Shown in pieces: positions 23,189 through 32,452 of a stretch of 64,000 nt of DNA. Made by a program: the position numbers and the translations under genes. The notes beneath the pieces are model-generated. The model made no database searches. It was not told where the DNA came from and worked only from the letters and a program-made list of their open reading frames with translations. Position 1 is the first letter of the stretch. Each line of letters opens with the position of its first letter. Source of the DNA: Solirubrobacteraceae bacterium (GTDB lineage: Bacteria > Actinomycetota > Thermoleophilia > Solirubrobacterales > Solirubrobacteraceae); contig JAXDGO010000048.1 in NCBI GenBank assembly GCA_034665005.1, forward strand, positions 38,863 to 102,862, read 5' to 3'.

Positions 23189-23716
23189 TCAGGCGGGCTG
23201 CGGCGGGGGTGCGCCGTAGAGATCGGCGCCGGCGCTTGCGTCGGGATCGCGCCGCTCGAGCTCGACGTTCCAGCCCTGGCTGAACCCGCGCATCGCGAAC
23301 GCGACGAGCAGCATCTGCAGGGGGACCAGCAGAAGCGTGAGCAGGCCCAGCAGGCCCGCGTTGATGGCGGGTTCGTGGAAGCCGGTCTTGTCGCGGGCGA
23401 ACCAGCTCGGGCCGGCGACGAGCGCGAAGATCGCCAGCAGCACGGCGAGCGCCGCGGAAACGGGAAGCACGCCGCGGTTCCAGCGCGCTGCGAAGAAGGC
23501 GAGCGTGAGGTAGACGATGATGTAGCCGATCTGGATCGGCACCGCCCCCTGCAGCACGCTCCAGCCGCCGACGGTGATGATCAGTATGAGCGCGGCGCTC
23601 GCGAGCAGCAGCAGGATGACCGCGACGCGGGTGCCCTGGACGACGGGCTTGTCGCGGTTGGGGTGGGTGACGATCACGGTTCCCGGGCTGATGGCTCTGC
23701 GAAGGACATCGCGCAC
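23189..23716 (-). CDS. hypothetical membrane protein (about 4 TM)
   Basis: four hydrophobic stretches; start uncertain. Confidence 0.7.
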   Translation of the reverse strand: MRDVLRRAISPGTVIVTHPNRDKPVVQGTRVAVILLLLASAALILIITVGGWSVLQGAVPIQIGYIIVYLTLAFFAARWNRGVLPVSAALAVLLAIFALVAGPSWFARDKTGFHEPAINAGLLGLLTLLLVPLQMLLVAFAMRGFSQGWNVELERRDPDASAGADLYGAPPPQPA

Positions 23717-23833
23717 ATGACCATACAATCTCGGGCGCCGCGCGTGGGGGACACGCGCGACGGCGCCTGCGCCGGACGCCTGCGCCGGGCGCTCCGGCGC
23801 GCCGCCCACCCGAGCTAGGCTCTGGAACGCCGA

Positions 23834-23917
23834 GCGGGCGTGGTGGAATTGGTAGACACGCCGGCCTTAGGAGCCGGTGGACGCAAGTCCTTGGAGGTTC
23901 GAGTCCTCTCGCCCGCA
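23834..23917 (+). tRNA. tRNA-Leu (TAG)
   Basis: GCGGGCG acceptor stem, CCGGC-CTTAGGA-GCCGG anticodon arm, GGTTCGAGTCC. Confidence 0.95.
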
Positions 23918-24068
23918 TTCTCTCGCTCAGGGTCGTCCTCGCCACGAGCCGGCTGCACCGCGAATGCGACATGGCGGTTGGAGCGCACGCCTCGCCGATC
24001 TAGTGCATGAGGTGGTGTCCGTTTCGCGGAGGCCTCAAGCAACCAGGCAAGACCAAAAGGAGGCCCAT

Positions 24069-24449
24069 ATGGCCGCCAACGACCCGCAGGCCAACGATCA
24101 GCAGCGCGACAGGCTGCGCGACATCTCCGAGAGCGACGATTCGGCGATCGCGAACCTGGTCGCCATCCGAGTAGAGGAGGCGGTCGATGATTCAGAGCTC
24201 GACGCCAAGACGTTCGAGCTCGTGAACATCGCCGCTCTGATAGCCACAGGCGGCGATGAAGCCTCATACCTGCTTCACGTGCGCGCAGCCCTCGACGCCG
24301 GCGCATCGGTAGACGAGGTCACCGCGATCCTGACGGCGGTCGGACCCAATGTCGGCGTGTTCAAGATGGTCGCCGCGGCAGACCCGCTCGCGACAGCGCT
24401 CGGCATCAATCTCGCCGCAGAAGAGGCGGGAGAACGCGGCGGGGAATAG
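24069..24449 (+). CDS. carboxymuconolactone decarboxylase/AhpD-like family protein
   Basis: SELDAKTFELVNIAALIA...HVRAALDAGAS; AGGAGG RBS before ATG 24069. Confidence 0.75.
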   Translation: MAANDPQANDQQRDRLRDISESDDSAIANLVAIRVEEAVDDSELDAKTFELVNIAALIATGGDEASYLLHVRAALDAGASVDEVTAILTAVGPNVGVFKMVAAADPLATALGINLAAEEAGERGGE

Positions 24450-24490
24450 CTGGCACGGCCACCGGAGATTGCGGCGGCACGCGCAGGCTC

Positions 24491-25204
24491 CTAACGCTTG
24501 AGCTCTGTGCTCTGGTCGGTGGGCGCCCCGTCCCGGGGTGCCCACCCCAGCCCGTTCTCCAAGGAATGCAGGCGCCCCGCGTTGTTCGACACCGCGGTGA
24601 TGGTCGCCGAGCCGCGCTCCAGCTTGGCCTCGAGTGCCGCCGCGACGACTCCGGCGCAATCTCTGTGACTCAGCCACACGCTCCGCTCGGCGGCATCGTG
24701 TACCGGGGGTTCGTCGCGGGGGTTCACGCCGCCGAAGCGGATTGCGACGGTCTCGAGACCGTGTGCAGCGGCCCATCGGCAGAGCGCCTCGCCGAAGAGC
24801 TTCGAGGCCCCGTAGGGACTGTCCGGCACGGGAGCACGCTCGGTCTCGTTGCCGAGCAGGCCACCCGATAGCTCGAGCAGCGCTTCGGCCGGCGCGAACG
24901 TGTGTGCGTGCACAGAGCTCGCGAACACGAAGCGGCGCACGCCTGCGGCGAGTGATGCGCTCAGCATGTTGAACGTCATCTGCGCGTTGCCGAGGCAGAG
25001 GGCCCCCGACTGAACGCCTTCGGCCTTTGTGTCCCAGGCGAGGTGCACGACCCCGTCGCACCCCTCCACAGCCTCCGCCGCGATACGCGGGTCGCGCAGG
25101 TCAACCTCGGGAAGGTCTGCGCATCGAAGCTCGTAGTTGCCCAGCCGACCCACCAGGACGCTGCCGATGACTCCGCGGGCACCCGTGATCAGGACGACGC
25201 TCAT
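24491..25204 (-). CDS. NAD-dependent epimerase/dehydratase (uronate dehydrogenase-like)
   Basis: ITGARGVIG, FASSVH, YGASK and WLSHRDC motifs. Confidence 0.85.
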   Translation of the reverse strand: MSVVLITGARGVIGSVLVGRLGNYELRCADLPEVDLRDPRIAAEAVEGCDGVVHLAWDTKAEGVQSGALCLGNAQMTFNMLSASLAAGVRRFVFASSVHAHTFAPAEALLELSGGLLGNETERAPVPDSPYGASKLFGEALCRWAAAHGLETVAIRFGGVNPRDEPPVHDAAERSVWLSHRDCAGVVAAALEAKLERGSATITAVSNNAGRLHSLENGLGWAPRDGAPTDQSTELKR

Positions 25205-25302
25205 CGCTCAAGGCTACGGCGAACGCTCCTAGCCCGTGGGCTGTGCGGCGGTTCGAGTCGACTCGGGCTGATGCGTCGCTCTGGCGGTACTCGTCTCGTG
25301 CG

Positions 25303-25331
25303 TCACGGCGCCGGGAGCCCCGGCGCCGTGA
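25303..25331 (-). terminator. strong hairpin immediately after the pilin operon
   Basis: perfect 13-bp inverted repeat TCACGGCGCCGGG-AGC-CCCGGCGCCGTGA; no clear U tract. Confidence 0.6.
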
Positions 25332-26585
25332 TCACTGGTTTATCGGCAGCACGCGGAAGCTGTTGCGCGTGGCGGACGCGCCCGCGAGCGTTTTCAGGTC
25401 GGCGACCGCAGACGGGTTGTAGATGATGTTCCCGTTGCTCTGCCCGCCGGAGGAGCCGAAGCTCAGCCCGCCGTTGCCGTCGACGACGGCCGTGCCTGTG
25501 ATCTGGGCGTTGCCGTGGACCTCGACGATGATCCCGGAGGAGGCCTGCGCGTTGACGCCGTAGACCGTGCCGAAGAATTCGGCGTTCCCGTTCAGTTTGA
25601 GGGTGCCGTTGTTGAGAATCAGGAAGCCCGGTTTTTCCGCCGAGTTACCCGTGCCGCCGGTGAAGCTGAGGTCGCACGGCCCTTCGACGTACGTCGGTTT
25701 GCCGGTCAGTTCAGCGAGGCTGCCCGGGCATGTCCCGGTTTTGAAGTAGGTCGATGGCACGGCCGATTCGGCTGCTTTCTTCTCGGTCGCGAGTTCGCTC
25801 GCGGACCACGTCGGGCTCGGGCTGGCGCTGACGCCGGTCGTGTCAGGGACGATCTGTTCCTTGCCCGGGGGATACTTCTCGCATTCGGCAACCGACAGCC
25901 CCGTGCATCGCATGCTCACACCGCCCGGCTGCGAAGCGCTTCCCTGGGTGTTGATGATGAGCTTTTTTCCGTTGTTGGTGGTTTCGAACCAGTTGCCGGA
26001 GACGGCGCTCTGGGGAAATGGGATGGTGATGTACTGCGCCGAGGCCAGGGCCACGAGGACAACGAGGCGGCACTGAACCACGCCGACCGAGCGAACGAAC
26101 ACCTTTTCGTCGCCGTTGGCGTCATAGGCCGGCATCGATTTCTCGACCGTGGAGTTGAACAGCTGGGTTTCAGCGCCTTTGGGGCCGTTGTCGCGGACGT
26201 AGGTCGTCCACCCGTTGCTCGTTGACGACCCCCAGGAGTCTTTCGGCGTGCCAGCCGGACAGCTTGCCGAGCCCGTGTTTGGGTAGGCAACGCTGAGGCT
26301 TTCAGCGGTCGGGCAGCCGTTCGTCGTGGTGCTCGTCGCCGCGGTGCAGCTCGTCGGGTATTCCAGTCCGCCGTTCCCCGGCCATGAGCGCGACAGCTGG
26401 CCGACCTGGGCGCTGAGCGCAGCTTCTGCCACGTTGAACGACGTCTCGCTCGCCTGCTCGCGCGTGGAGGCTTTCCGCTGGGTGTCGGTCAGGAACAGCA
26501 GCCCGAGACCGAGGCCCATCATCACCGTGAGCAGCACGATGGCGGTGATTAGCGCGAATCCGTTCTCGCTGCGGGCGGATCTCAT
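25332..26585 (-). CDS. PilX-like type IV minor pilin
   Basis: ENG|FALITAIVLL prepilin-type N-terminus lacking Glu5; C-terminal beta-rich region. Confidence 0.75.
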   Translation of the reverse strand: MRSARSENGFALITAIVLLTVMMGLGLGLLFLTDTQRKASTREQASETSFNVAEAALSAQVGQLSRSWPGNGGLEYPTSCTAATSTTTNGCPTAESLSVAYPNTGSASCPAGTPKDSWGSSTSNGWTTYVRDNGPKGAETQLFNSTVEKSMPAYDANGDEKVFVRSVGVVQCRLVVLVALASAQYITIPFPQSAVSGNWFETTNNGKKLIINTQGSASQPGGVSMRCTGLSVAECEKYPPGKEQIVPDTTGVSASPSPTWSASELATEKKAAESAVPSTYFKTGTCPGSLAELTGKPTYVEGPCDLSFTGGTGNSAEKPGFLILNNGTLKLNGNAEFFGTVYGVNAQASSGIIVEVHGNAQITGTAVVDGNGGLSFGSSGGQSNGNIIYNPSAVADLKTLAGASATRNSFRVLPINQ

Positions 26586-27508
26586 TTGATTGTCACTTTC
26601 TGTTTGCTTGTGGCTTCAAGGCCGCCCGGGTCCTTGACCTTGAGCCAGAACGTGTGCACGCTGCCTTCGGTCATTTCGGGCGTTTCGTAGGTGAGGGCGT
26701 TGGTGGGAAGCGGGGTTTCCCCTTCGATCGCGCCTTCCGACCAGGTGTAGGTCAGGGCGAGGCCGTCGGGGTCTTCGGACTGCGAGGCGTTGAGGAGCAC
26801 GTGCTTGTGCAGCGATTCCGCGGTGAAGGCCGCGATCGGCTGACGGTTGGCGTTGCGCAGCGAGAGGGAGCTCGTCAGCTGCGTCTCACCCGGCCGTGAC
26901 TGGCCGGGATTCACGTCGAGGTAGATCGTCGGTTCGACGGTCACGACCTGTGACACTTCGCTCCAGCCGGTCGGCCCGTAGTGGAACAGCGGGCGGTCCT
27001 GGCCTCCGTTGCGATTGGTGACGTAGTTCACCAGCTGCGACGAGCTGTCCCAGCCGGCTTCCGAGGCTTTACAGCCGTTTTCGGCGGGTATCGCGGGCGC
27101 CGTGGGTATTTCCCAGCGCATTTCCTGCCTGCGGAGCACCTCATTGCTGGGGTTCGAGTCGTCCAGGCAGTAGCGCACCCGCATCGCGTTGGTCGCGTTT
27201 TTGCTTGTAACTGCAAGCGGCGATGGGTCGATCGTCTGAAAGGTGATCGAGTACGGCTGGGCGCTCTCGAGAGCGCCCGGGAGTTCTTTGACCGACTTCG
27301 GGGCCGCGACGTTGCGGAGCTCCTTTGAGAGGCGGTCGATCGCGCTGCGGGCGTTGTCCTGAGCTTCGTTTCGCAGCACGTCGAAGCGATTGTTGGTCTG
27401 AAAGACGTTCAGCGCGGTGAGCGTCGCGCCGAAGACGATCATGGCGAGGGCCATCGACACGAGCACCTCGACCAGCGTGAATCCGTGCTCTCGCCCGGCG
27501 CCGGTCAT
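26582..27508 (-). CDS. PilW-like prepilin with C-terminal PKD-like domain
   Basis: EHG|FTLVEVLV; NRQPIAAFT...LNASQSEDPDG...YTW PKD-like motif. Confidence 0.8.
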   Translation of the reverse strand: MTGAGREHGFTLVEVLVSMALAMIVFGATLTALNVFQTNNRFDVLRNEAQDNARSAIDRLSKELRNVAAPKSVKELPGALESAQPYSITFQTIDPSPLAVTSKNATNAMRVRYCLDDSNPSNEVLRRQEMRWEIPTAPAIPAENGCKASEAGWDSSSQLVNYVTNRNGGQDRPLFHYGPTGWSEVSQVVTVEPTIYLDVNPGQSRPGETQLTSSLSLRNANRQPIAAFTAESLHKHVLLNASQSEDPDGLALTYTWSEGAIEGETPLPTNALTYETPEMTEGSVHTFWLKVKDPGGLEATSKQKVTIK

Positions 27509-29043
27509 CCGGTCACCGGCCCCAGGAATGGCGACTCGGTCAGGTTCGAGCTCACCGCTGTGACCCAGTAGCTGTGGCTGGCGACGGCGTCGGTGTCGGT
27601 GTAGGTCGTCGTTGCGCCCGACCCCGTGACGTCATAGCGGCTCGTGTAGTCGGTGGACCCGCGGTAGATCCTGTAGAAGGCCACGCTCGCCCCCGATTTC
27701 GGAGCGGCCCAGTTGAGCGTCACCGAGCCGTCGGCGTTGTGGACGAGCGTGAGCGGGGATGTGGGGACGGCGGGACCGGCCGGAGGCGGTTCGCCGCCGG
27801 CCAGCGTGAACGTCCCGGCCGGGCTCTCCGAGACCGTGGGGCTCAGTTCTTCTTTGCCCGGGACGTTTTGGCGGTAGAGCGCGACGACCGTGTATTTCAG
27901 GTTCGCGGCGGTGGGGGACGGCGGGTTGAAGTCGATGCAGCTGAGCGCCAGGCTGAGCGTCGAGGTGCTTTGGGGGCAGACGAGCTGTTTGCTCGGGTTG
28001 TAGACGCGGTAGCCGATGACGTTGCGTTCGGCGTTGGCGTGCCACTGGATCTCGGCCACTTTTTTCGGCGTGCCGGAGACGTTGATCGTGTTGAACCCGC
28101 CCGCGATCACCGTCGGCGCGGCCGGTTCGCCGCGGATCAGCGTGACGGAGATGGAGAACGGAGGGCCGACCACGCCGGTCGAGTTGATCGCCTGCACGGT
28201 GACTTTGTAGGTACCGTCCGAGAGGCCGCTGATCACCCATGAGAACGTCCAGGTGGTCCCTTCTTTGAGGGTCGGCGCGGGCGACTGGCGGTTCCCGTCG
28301 AGCGACCAGCTCATCCCGCTCGTGCCGCTCGGGCCGGTGGCCGTGAACACGAGCGTTTTGCTCACCGGTTCGGCGACGATCACGGGCGACGTCGGTTCTG
28401 AGACAGACGGAGTGAGCAGCCGCAGGTTGGTTGCGCTGAGCCCGATGGCCTCCCCGGCCGCAGAGATGGTCTGGGTCTGGGTCACCACCGGCGTACGTCC
28501 CTGCGCGACCCATTTCACCGACACCGTTATCCGCTTCAGATCGGCGGGCTGCGCGTCGGCCGTTTCGCCCGCTTTCCATGCTGCTCCCCCGCCTTCTTCG
28601 CAGAAAGTGGCGTCGTGCACGCCGGCGCCGTCCTTCGGGTCGTCGATCGAGCACTCGCTGACGGTCACCGTGTAGGTGATGCCGCGCTGCTGTATCTGCC
28701 AGCCGGCGGCCGAGGAGCTGTCGGCCAGCCCGTTCATCGCCTGCAGCTGGCCGGTGATCGCGGACGGCGAGAGCTGAGCGTAGGGAATCGTGTGCGCGTC
28801 CTCGAGGACCTGGCGGGCGAGGTTCGTGGCACCTTCGCGCGCACGCGTCTGGTAGGTGGCCTTGACAGAGCTGTCGAGCAGACCGAACAGCGCGGTGATG
28901 CCGACGACCAGGACCACGGCGGCCATCAGCACCTCGATCAGCGTGAAGCCGGCCTCCTCGTCCAGGCGCGTGTGGCCTCCCCGCCCCCCGCCGGGGTGGC
29001 GATGATTCCCGCCGAAGGATGTGCGTCGTCTCGATGCAAACAT
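27505..29043 (-). CDS. PilV-like prepilin with Ig/FN3-like domains
   Basis: EAG|FTLIEVLM; VTLNWAAP...FYRIYRG...YWVTAV FN3-like motif. Confidence 0.8.
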   Translation of the reverse strand: MFASRRRTSFGGNHRHPGGGRGGHTRLDEEAGFTLIEVLMAAVVLVVGITALFGLLDSSVKATYQTRAREGATNLARQVLEDAHTIPYAQLSPSAITGQLQAMNGLADSSSAAGWQIQQRGITYTVTVSECSIDDPKDGAGVHDATFCEEGGGAAWKAGETADAQPADLKRITVSVKWVAQGRTPVVTQTQTISAAGEAIGLSATNLRLLTPSVSEPTSPVIVAEPVSKTLVFTATGPSGTSGMSWSLDGNRQSPAPTLKEGTTWTFSWVISGLSDGTYKVTVQAINSTGVVGPPFSISVTLIRGEPAAPTVIAGGFNTINVSGTPKKVAEIQWHANAERNVIGYRVYNPSKQLVCPQSTSTLSLALSCIDFNPPSPTAANLKYTVVALYRQNVPGKEELSPTVSESPAGTFTLAGGEPPPAGPAVPTSPLTLVHNADGSVTLNWAAPKSGASVAFYRIYRGSTDYTSRYDVTGSGATTTYTDTDAVASHSYWVTAVSSNLTESPFLGPVTG

Positions 29044-29064
29044 TGACTGGCTCGCCTGTGAATC

Positions 29065-29093
29065 TCTTCGACATCGAGGCCCGGCGGCTTTAG
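29065..29093 (-). promoter_or_regulatory. sigma28 (FliA/WhiG)-type promoter candidate
   Basis: minus-strand TAAA-N16-GTCGAAGA, about 20 nt upstream of the pilin ATG. Confidence 0.5.
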
Positions 29094-29171
29094 CCGCAGG
29101 CACGGGCGTTCGGCCTTCGAGGCGTCCTGCTCGTCCGCCGAGTGCCCGGCGCCTAAACTTCCAGGGTCTCC

Positions 29172-29242
29172 GGGGGACTGGTGTATCGGTAACACGGTGG
29201 TCTCCAAAACCGCAACGCCAGGTTCGATTCCTGGGTCCCCCG
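29172..29242 (+). tRNA. tRNA-Trp (CCA)
   Basis: GGGGGAC/GTCCCCC acceptor stem, GTGGT-CTCCAAA-ACCGC anticodon arm, CCAGG-TTCGATT-CCTGG. Confidence 0.92.
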
Positions 29243-29260
29243 CTTTCCCGGACGGCACTC

Positions 29261-29294
29261 GTAGAGCCAAATCCGGCGCTGTAGAGCCAGATCC
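29261..29294 (+). repeat. 14-bp direct repeat with 20-bp period after tRNA-Trp
   Basis: GTAGAGCCAAATCC at 29261 and GTAGAGCCAGATCC at 29281. Confidence 0.75.
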
Positions 29295-29502
29295 ACCCTC
29301 ACCGCCTCCGCCGGCCGAGATCGGCATGGAACCGCTCGACGCCGCTTCCGGGCGGGGACCTTTGTCCCTCGGCCTGTCCCCGGCTGGCCGGTGAAGACGA
29401 GCGCCGGACGGCGTTTAGGACGATCGTCTGCCGCTCGTGTTTGAGGCCGTGAGCGGTGATCTGACGTCCGCCGCTGCGCTGGGCGAGCCGCCCGCGCATA
29501 TG

Positions 29503-29516
29503 CGAACATACGTTCG
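29503..29516. promoter_or_regulatory. LexA (Gram-positive SOS) box
   Basis: CGAAC-ATAC-GTTCG, 1 nt before ATG 29518. Confidence 0.75.
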
Positions 29517-29517
29517 C

Positions 29518-29871
29518 ATGGCTCCTCGACCCTACCGTCCCGTCGTCGAGCTCGAGGCGGCGCTGGCGCGGGGTGAGCTGGATTTCGCCGCCGCGCTCGC
29601 CGCCGAGCTCTCAAGCGAACGGCGCAGGCCGATCGACCTGGGTCTCGCGCTGCGCTTCCTACCGCTGCTGGCGGCCCAGCGCTCAGGAGACTACGACGCG
29701 TGGGCGCTGCGCTGGCTGGAGCGCTGGATCAGGGAGACCTCCGGCGCCACGATCGAGCGCGCCGCCGAGGTCGCGGCCTCGCTGGCGGATCTCCCGAGCG
29801 AGCCGCACACCGCGCTGGCGTCGATCGAACGCCCGGCTCGCCCCGGAGGCGCCGGCCAGGGCGAGGCTTGA
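29518..29871 (+). CDS. small helical hypothetical protein, putatively SOS-regulated
   Basis: MAPRPYRPVVELEAALARGEL...YDAWALRWLERW; start re-called to 29518. Confidence 0.7.
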   Translation: MAPRPYRPVVELEAALARGELDFAAALAAELSSERRRPIDLGLALRFLPLLAAQRSGDYDAWALRWLERWIRETSGATIERAAEVAASLADLPSEPHTALASIERPARPGGAGQGEA

Positions 29872-30201
29872 GCGTCAACCACGCCGCGAGGCGGGGCTCG
29901 CCAGGCATGCGGCAGAGGCGCTTCGAGCGCGATACGCTTCGACGCGGCACACGGGCTTGGTCACGGAGGGAACCTCGCACCACACGCTAGGAGGCGCCCG
30001 TGTGCCGCATCTACGCACCGGCCCTGGGCTCAGTGGCCGAGCACGCGCCCACAGTTCATAGCGGCGATCGGATTCGCCCTCTGGCGCGGTTGCCCCAGTT
30101 TGCGGCGAAAAGCGCGGCACGCCCACGCGCAGGCGGCCGGCCGTCGAGGGCTCTGCTAATCTGCATAAAACGGATCGACAATCTCTAGAATAGGCACCGG
30201 C

Positions 30202-31158
30202 ATGATCAAGATCGACGTCCATCAGCACCTCTGGACCGCGCAGCTCGTCGAGGCGCTCGGCGACCGCAGCGAGCTGCCGTTCGTGCGCCGCGAGCACGGC
30301 CTGACGGTGCTGTATCTCGTCGGCGAGCGCCCCTACGTGATCGACCTGTCGAGCGAGGCGCCGACCCGCCGCGCGGCCCTGGTCGAGCTCGACGGACTCG
30401 ACGGCGCGCTGCTGTGCCTCTCGAGCCCGCTCGGCATCGAGCTGCTGCCGCGCGAGCAGTCGCTTGTGCTGATCGATGCCTATCTCGACGGCGCCCTGGC
30501 GCTGCGTGGCCCGTTCGGCGTGTGGGGCGCGATCGCACTCGACCGCCCCGATCCTGCCGACATCGACCGCGCGCTCGCGAGGGGCTGCATCGGCGTCTCG
30601 CTCCCGGCGGGCGCGCTCGCGAGCGTCGGCGCGCTCGCCGCTCTGGGCCCGCTGCTCACTCGCCTCGAATCGCACGGTGCGCCGCTCTTCGTGCATCCGG
30701 GGCCCGGCCCCTCCCAGAGCGGCGGCGCGCCGCTGGGAGCGGGGGAGACGTCGCTGGGTGACCCGCTGTGGTGGGCGTCGCTGACGCGCTACGTAGCCGG
30801 GATGCATGCCGCCTGGCTCGCCTTCCATGCGGCCGGGCGCGCCCAGCATCCGCAACTGCGCGTTGTCTTCTCGATGCTTGCCGGCCTTGCCCCGCTGCAC
30901 GCCGAGCGTCTCTCCTCGCGCGGCGGCTCGCGCTCCCGCTCGCCGGACCCGCTCCTCTTCTACGACACCTCCTCCTACGGGCCCTCCGCCGTACGGACGG
31001 TCCAGGAGGTCGTGGGGCCCGAGCAGCTGCTCTATGGCTCGGACCGCCCGGTCGTCGAGCCCGGTGAGCTCGGCATGCCGTGCGAGCTCGACTGGGATCC
31101 CGTATCCGACGGCACCCGCCGCGCCCTCGGCCGGGTCGGGGCGCCGAGCACGCGATGA
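30202..31158 (+). CDS. amidohydrolase_2 family protein
   Basis: IDVHQH, FVHP, FYDTS and LLYGSD motifs. Confidence 0.8.
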   Translation: MIKIDVHQHLWTAQLVEALGDRSELPFVRREHGLTVLYLVGERPYVIDLSSEAPTRRAALVELDGLDGALLCLSSPLGIELLPREQSLVLIDAYLDGALALRGPFGVWGAIALDRPDPADIDRALARGCIGVSLPAGALASVGALAALGPLLTRLESHGAPLFVHPGPGPSQSGGAPLGAGETSLGDPLWWASLTRYVAGMHAAWLAFHAAGRAQHPQLRVVFSMLAGLAPLHAERLSSRGGSRSRSPDPLLFYDTSSYGPSAVRTVQEVVGPEQLLYGSDRPVVEPGELGMPCELDWDPVSDGTRRALGRVGAPSTR

Positions 31159-31748
31159 GCTCGCGCGTGCCTACATCCCTCGCGCATCCACCGATCTCAG
31201 GAGCGCTGTCCGCCGACGCGGAGCGCTCCGCGCTCGGCCCGTCGCCGTCGGCCGTCCCGCGGCCGCGAGGGCGCAGCCTCTCCGGTCCCGAGCTGCAGGC
31301 GTTCGTCGAGGAGCTCGCCGACCGCCCCGAGCTGTGGATCGATCTCGTCAAGCACGACTCGAGCCAGCGGCTCTATCAGGAGCTGCTCAGCGACGCCCAT
31401 GTCACGGCCTGGCTCATCTGCTGGATGGATGACCACGACACGGGCTTCCACGACCACGATCTGTCCGCCGGCGCCGTGGCGATCGTCAGCGGCTCCGTCC
31501 GCGAGGAGCGACTGGCGATCGACGGGCCGCCGCGAGATCGGACGTTCGCCGCCGGCGCCAGCTTCCACTTCTCGGCCGCCGACATCCATCGCGTGCGCCA
31601 CGCCGGCGCCGATCCCGCGGTCACGCTCCACGCCTACTCACCGCCGCTGCTGCGCATGGGCGCCTACGTGATCGGCGAGGACGGCGTGCTGGCACGCCAC
31701 GCGATGTCCCACCTCGAGGAGCTTCGTCCCCGCGAGCAGGCTCGCTAG
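31155..31748 (+). CDS. cysteine dioxygenase-like cupin
   Basis: WLICW, GFHDH, IHRV and TLHAYSPP motifs. Confidence 0.85.
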   Translation: MSSRVPTSLAHPPISGALSADAERSALGPSPSAVPRPRGRSLSGPELQAFVEELADRPELWIDLVKHDSSQRLYQELLSDAHVTAWLICWMDDHDTGFHDHDLSAGAVAIVSGSVREERLAIDGPPRDRTFAAGASFHFSAADIHRVRHAGADPAVTLHAYSPPLLRMGAYVIGEDGVLARHAMSHLEELRPREQAR

Positions 31749-32452
31749 GCCCCCTGCTTGGCGCCGGCGCGGCGTTCCACGCCGCCGGCTCTCGCGATCA
31801 GGATCAGGCTGACCATCTCCGGCGGGAAGAGGCCGTGGTCGACCACCCCGGGAGTCGCGCTGAGCGTCGCCGAGAGCTCCCGAGGATCGCCCACCGGGCC
31901 GAGGTAGTCCGCGATCAGGCCTCCATCGGGACTCTCCGCCGTGCCGCGCAGCTGCGCGTGGCCGAGCGCCTCGAGCGTGTGTCGCACTCCGAAGCGCACG
32001 AGCTCGAGCGGGATCGGGGGGCCGAGCTCGGCCACCGCCTTCTCGGCGGATGCGATCACGACGAAGCGCCTGGCAGCAGAGGCGACGATCTTCTCGCGCG
32101 TGTGTGCGCCGCCGCCGCCCTTTACGAGCCAGCCGCCCGGGTCGATCTGGTCGGCGCCGTCGATTGCGATGTCGAGCTCAGCGACCTCGTCGAGCGTCTC
32201 CACGGTCATTCCCAGCGAAAGCGCCGCCCGCTCGGTCGCGGGGGAGGTGGCGACGCAGCGCAGGTCCTTCAAGGCGCGCTCGGCGATCGCCGGCAGCAGA
32301 TAGGCGACCGTGGTGCCGGTCCCGAGGCCGACCCGCATCCCGTCTTCGAGTAGCTCGGCGGCAGCCGTCGCCGCCGCGGCCTTCAGGCGCGAGATCTCGT
32401 CGTCTTCGCTCAGCGACGGCTGCCGCTGCCGAGTCGCACGAGGGGCCGCCAT
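31745..32452 (-). CDS. rpiA: ribose-5-phosphate isomerase A
   Basis: GLGTGTT, DGADQ and KGGGGAHTREK motifs. Confidence 0.93.
   Translation of the reverse strand: MAAPRATRQRQPSLSEDDEISRLKAAAATAAAELLEDGMRVGLGTGTTVAYLLPAIAERALKDLRCVATSPATERAALSLGMTVETLDEVAELDIAIDGADQIDPGGWLVKGGGGAHTREKIVASAARRFVVIASAEKAVAELGPPIPLELVRFGVRHTLEALGHAQLRGTAESPDGGLIADYLGPVGDPRELSATLSATPGVVDHGLFPPEMVSLILIARAGGVERRAGAKQGA

Noticed and set aside
29044-29170. c-di-GMP riboswitch upstream of the pilin genes
   Set aside because: No recognisable class I or class II core; a sigma28-like promoter fits better.
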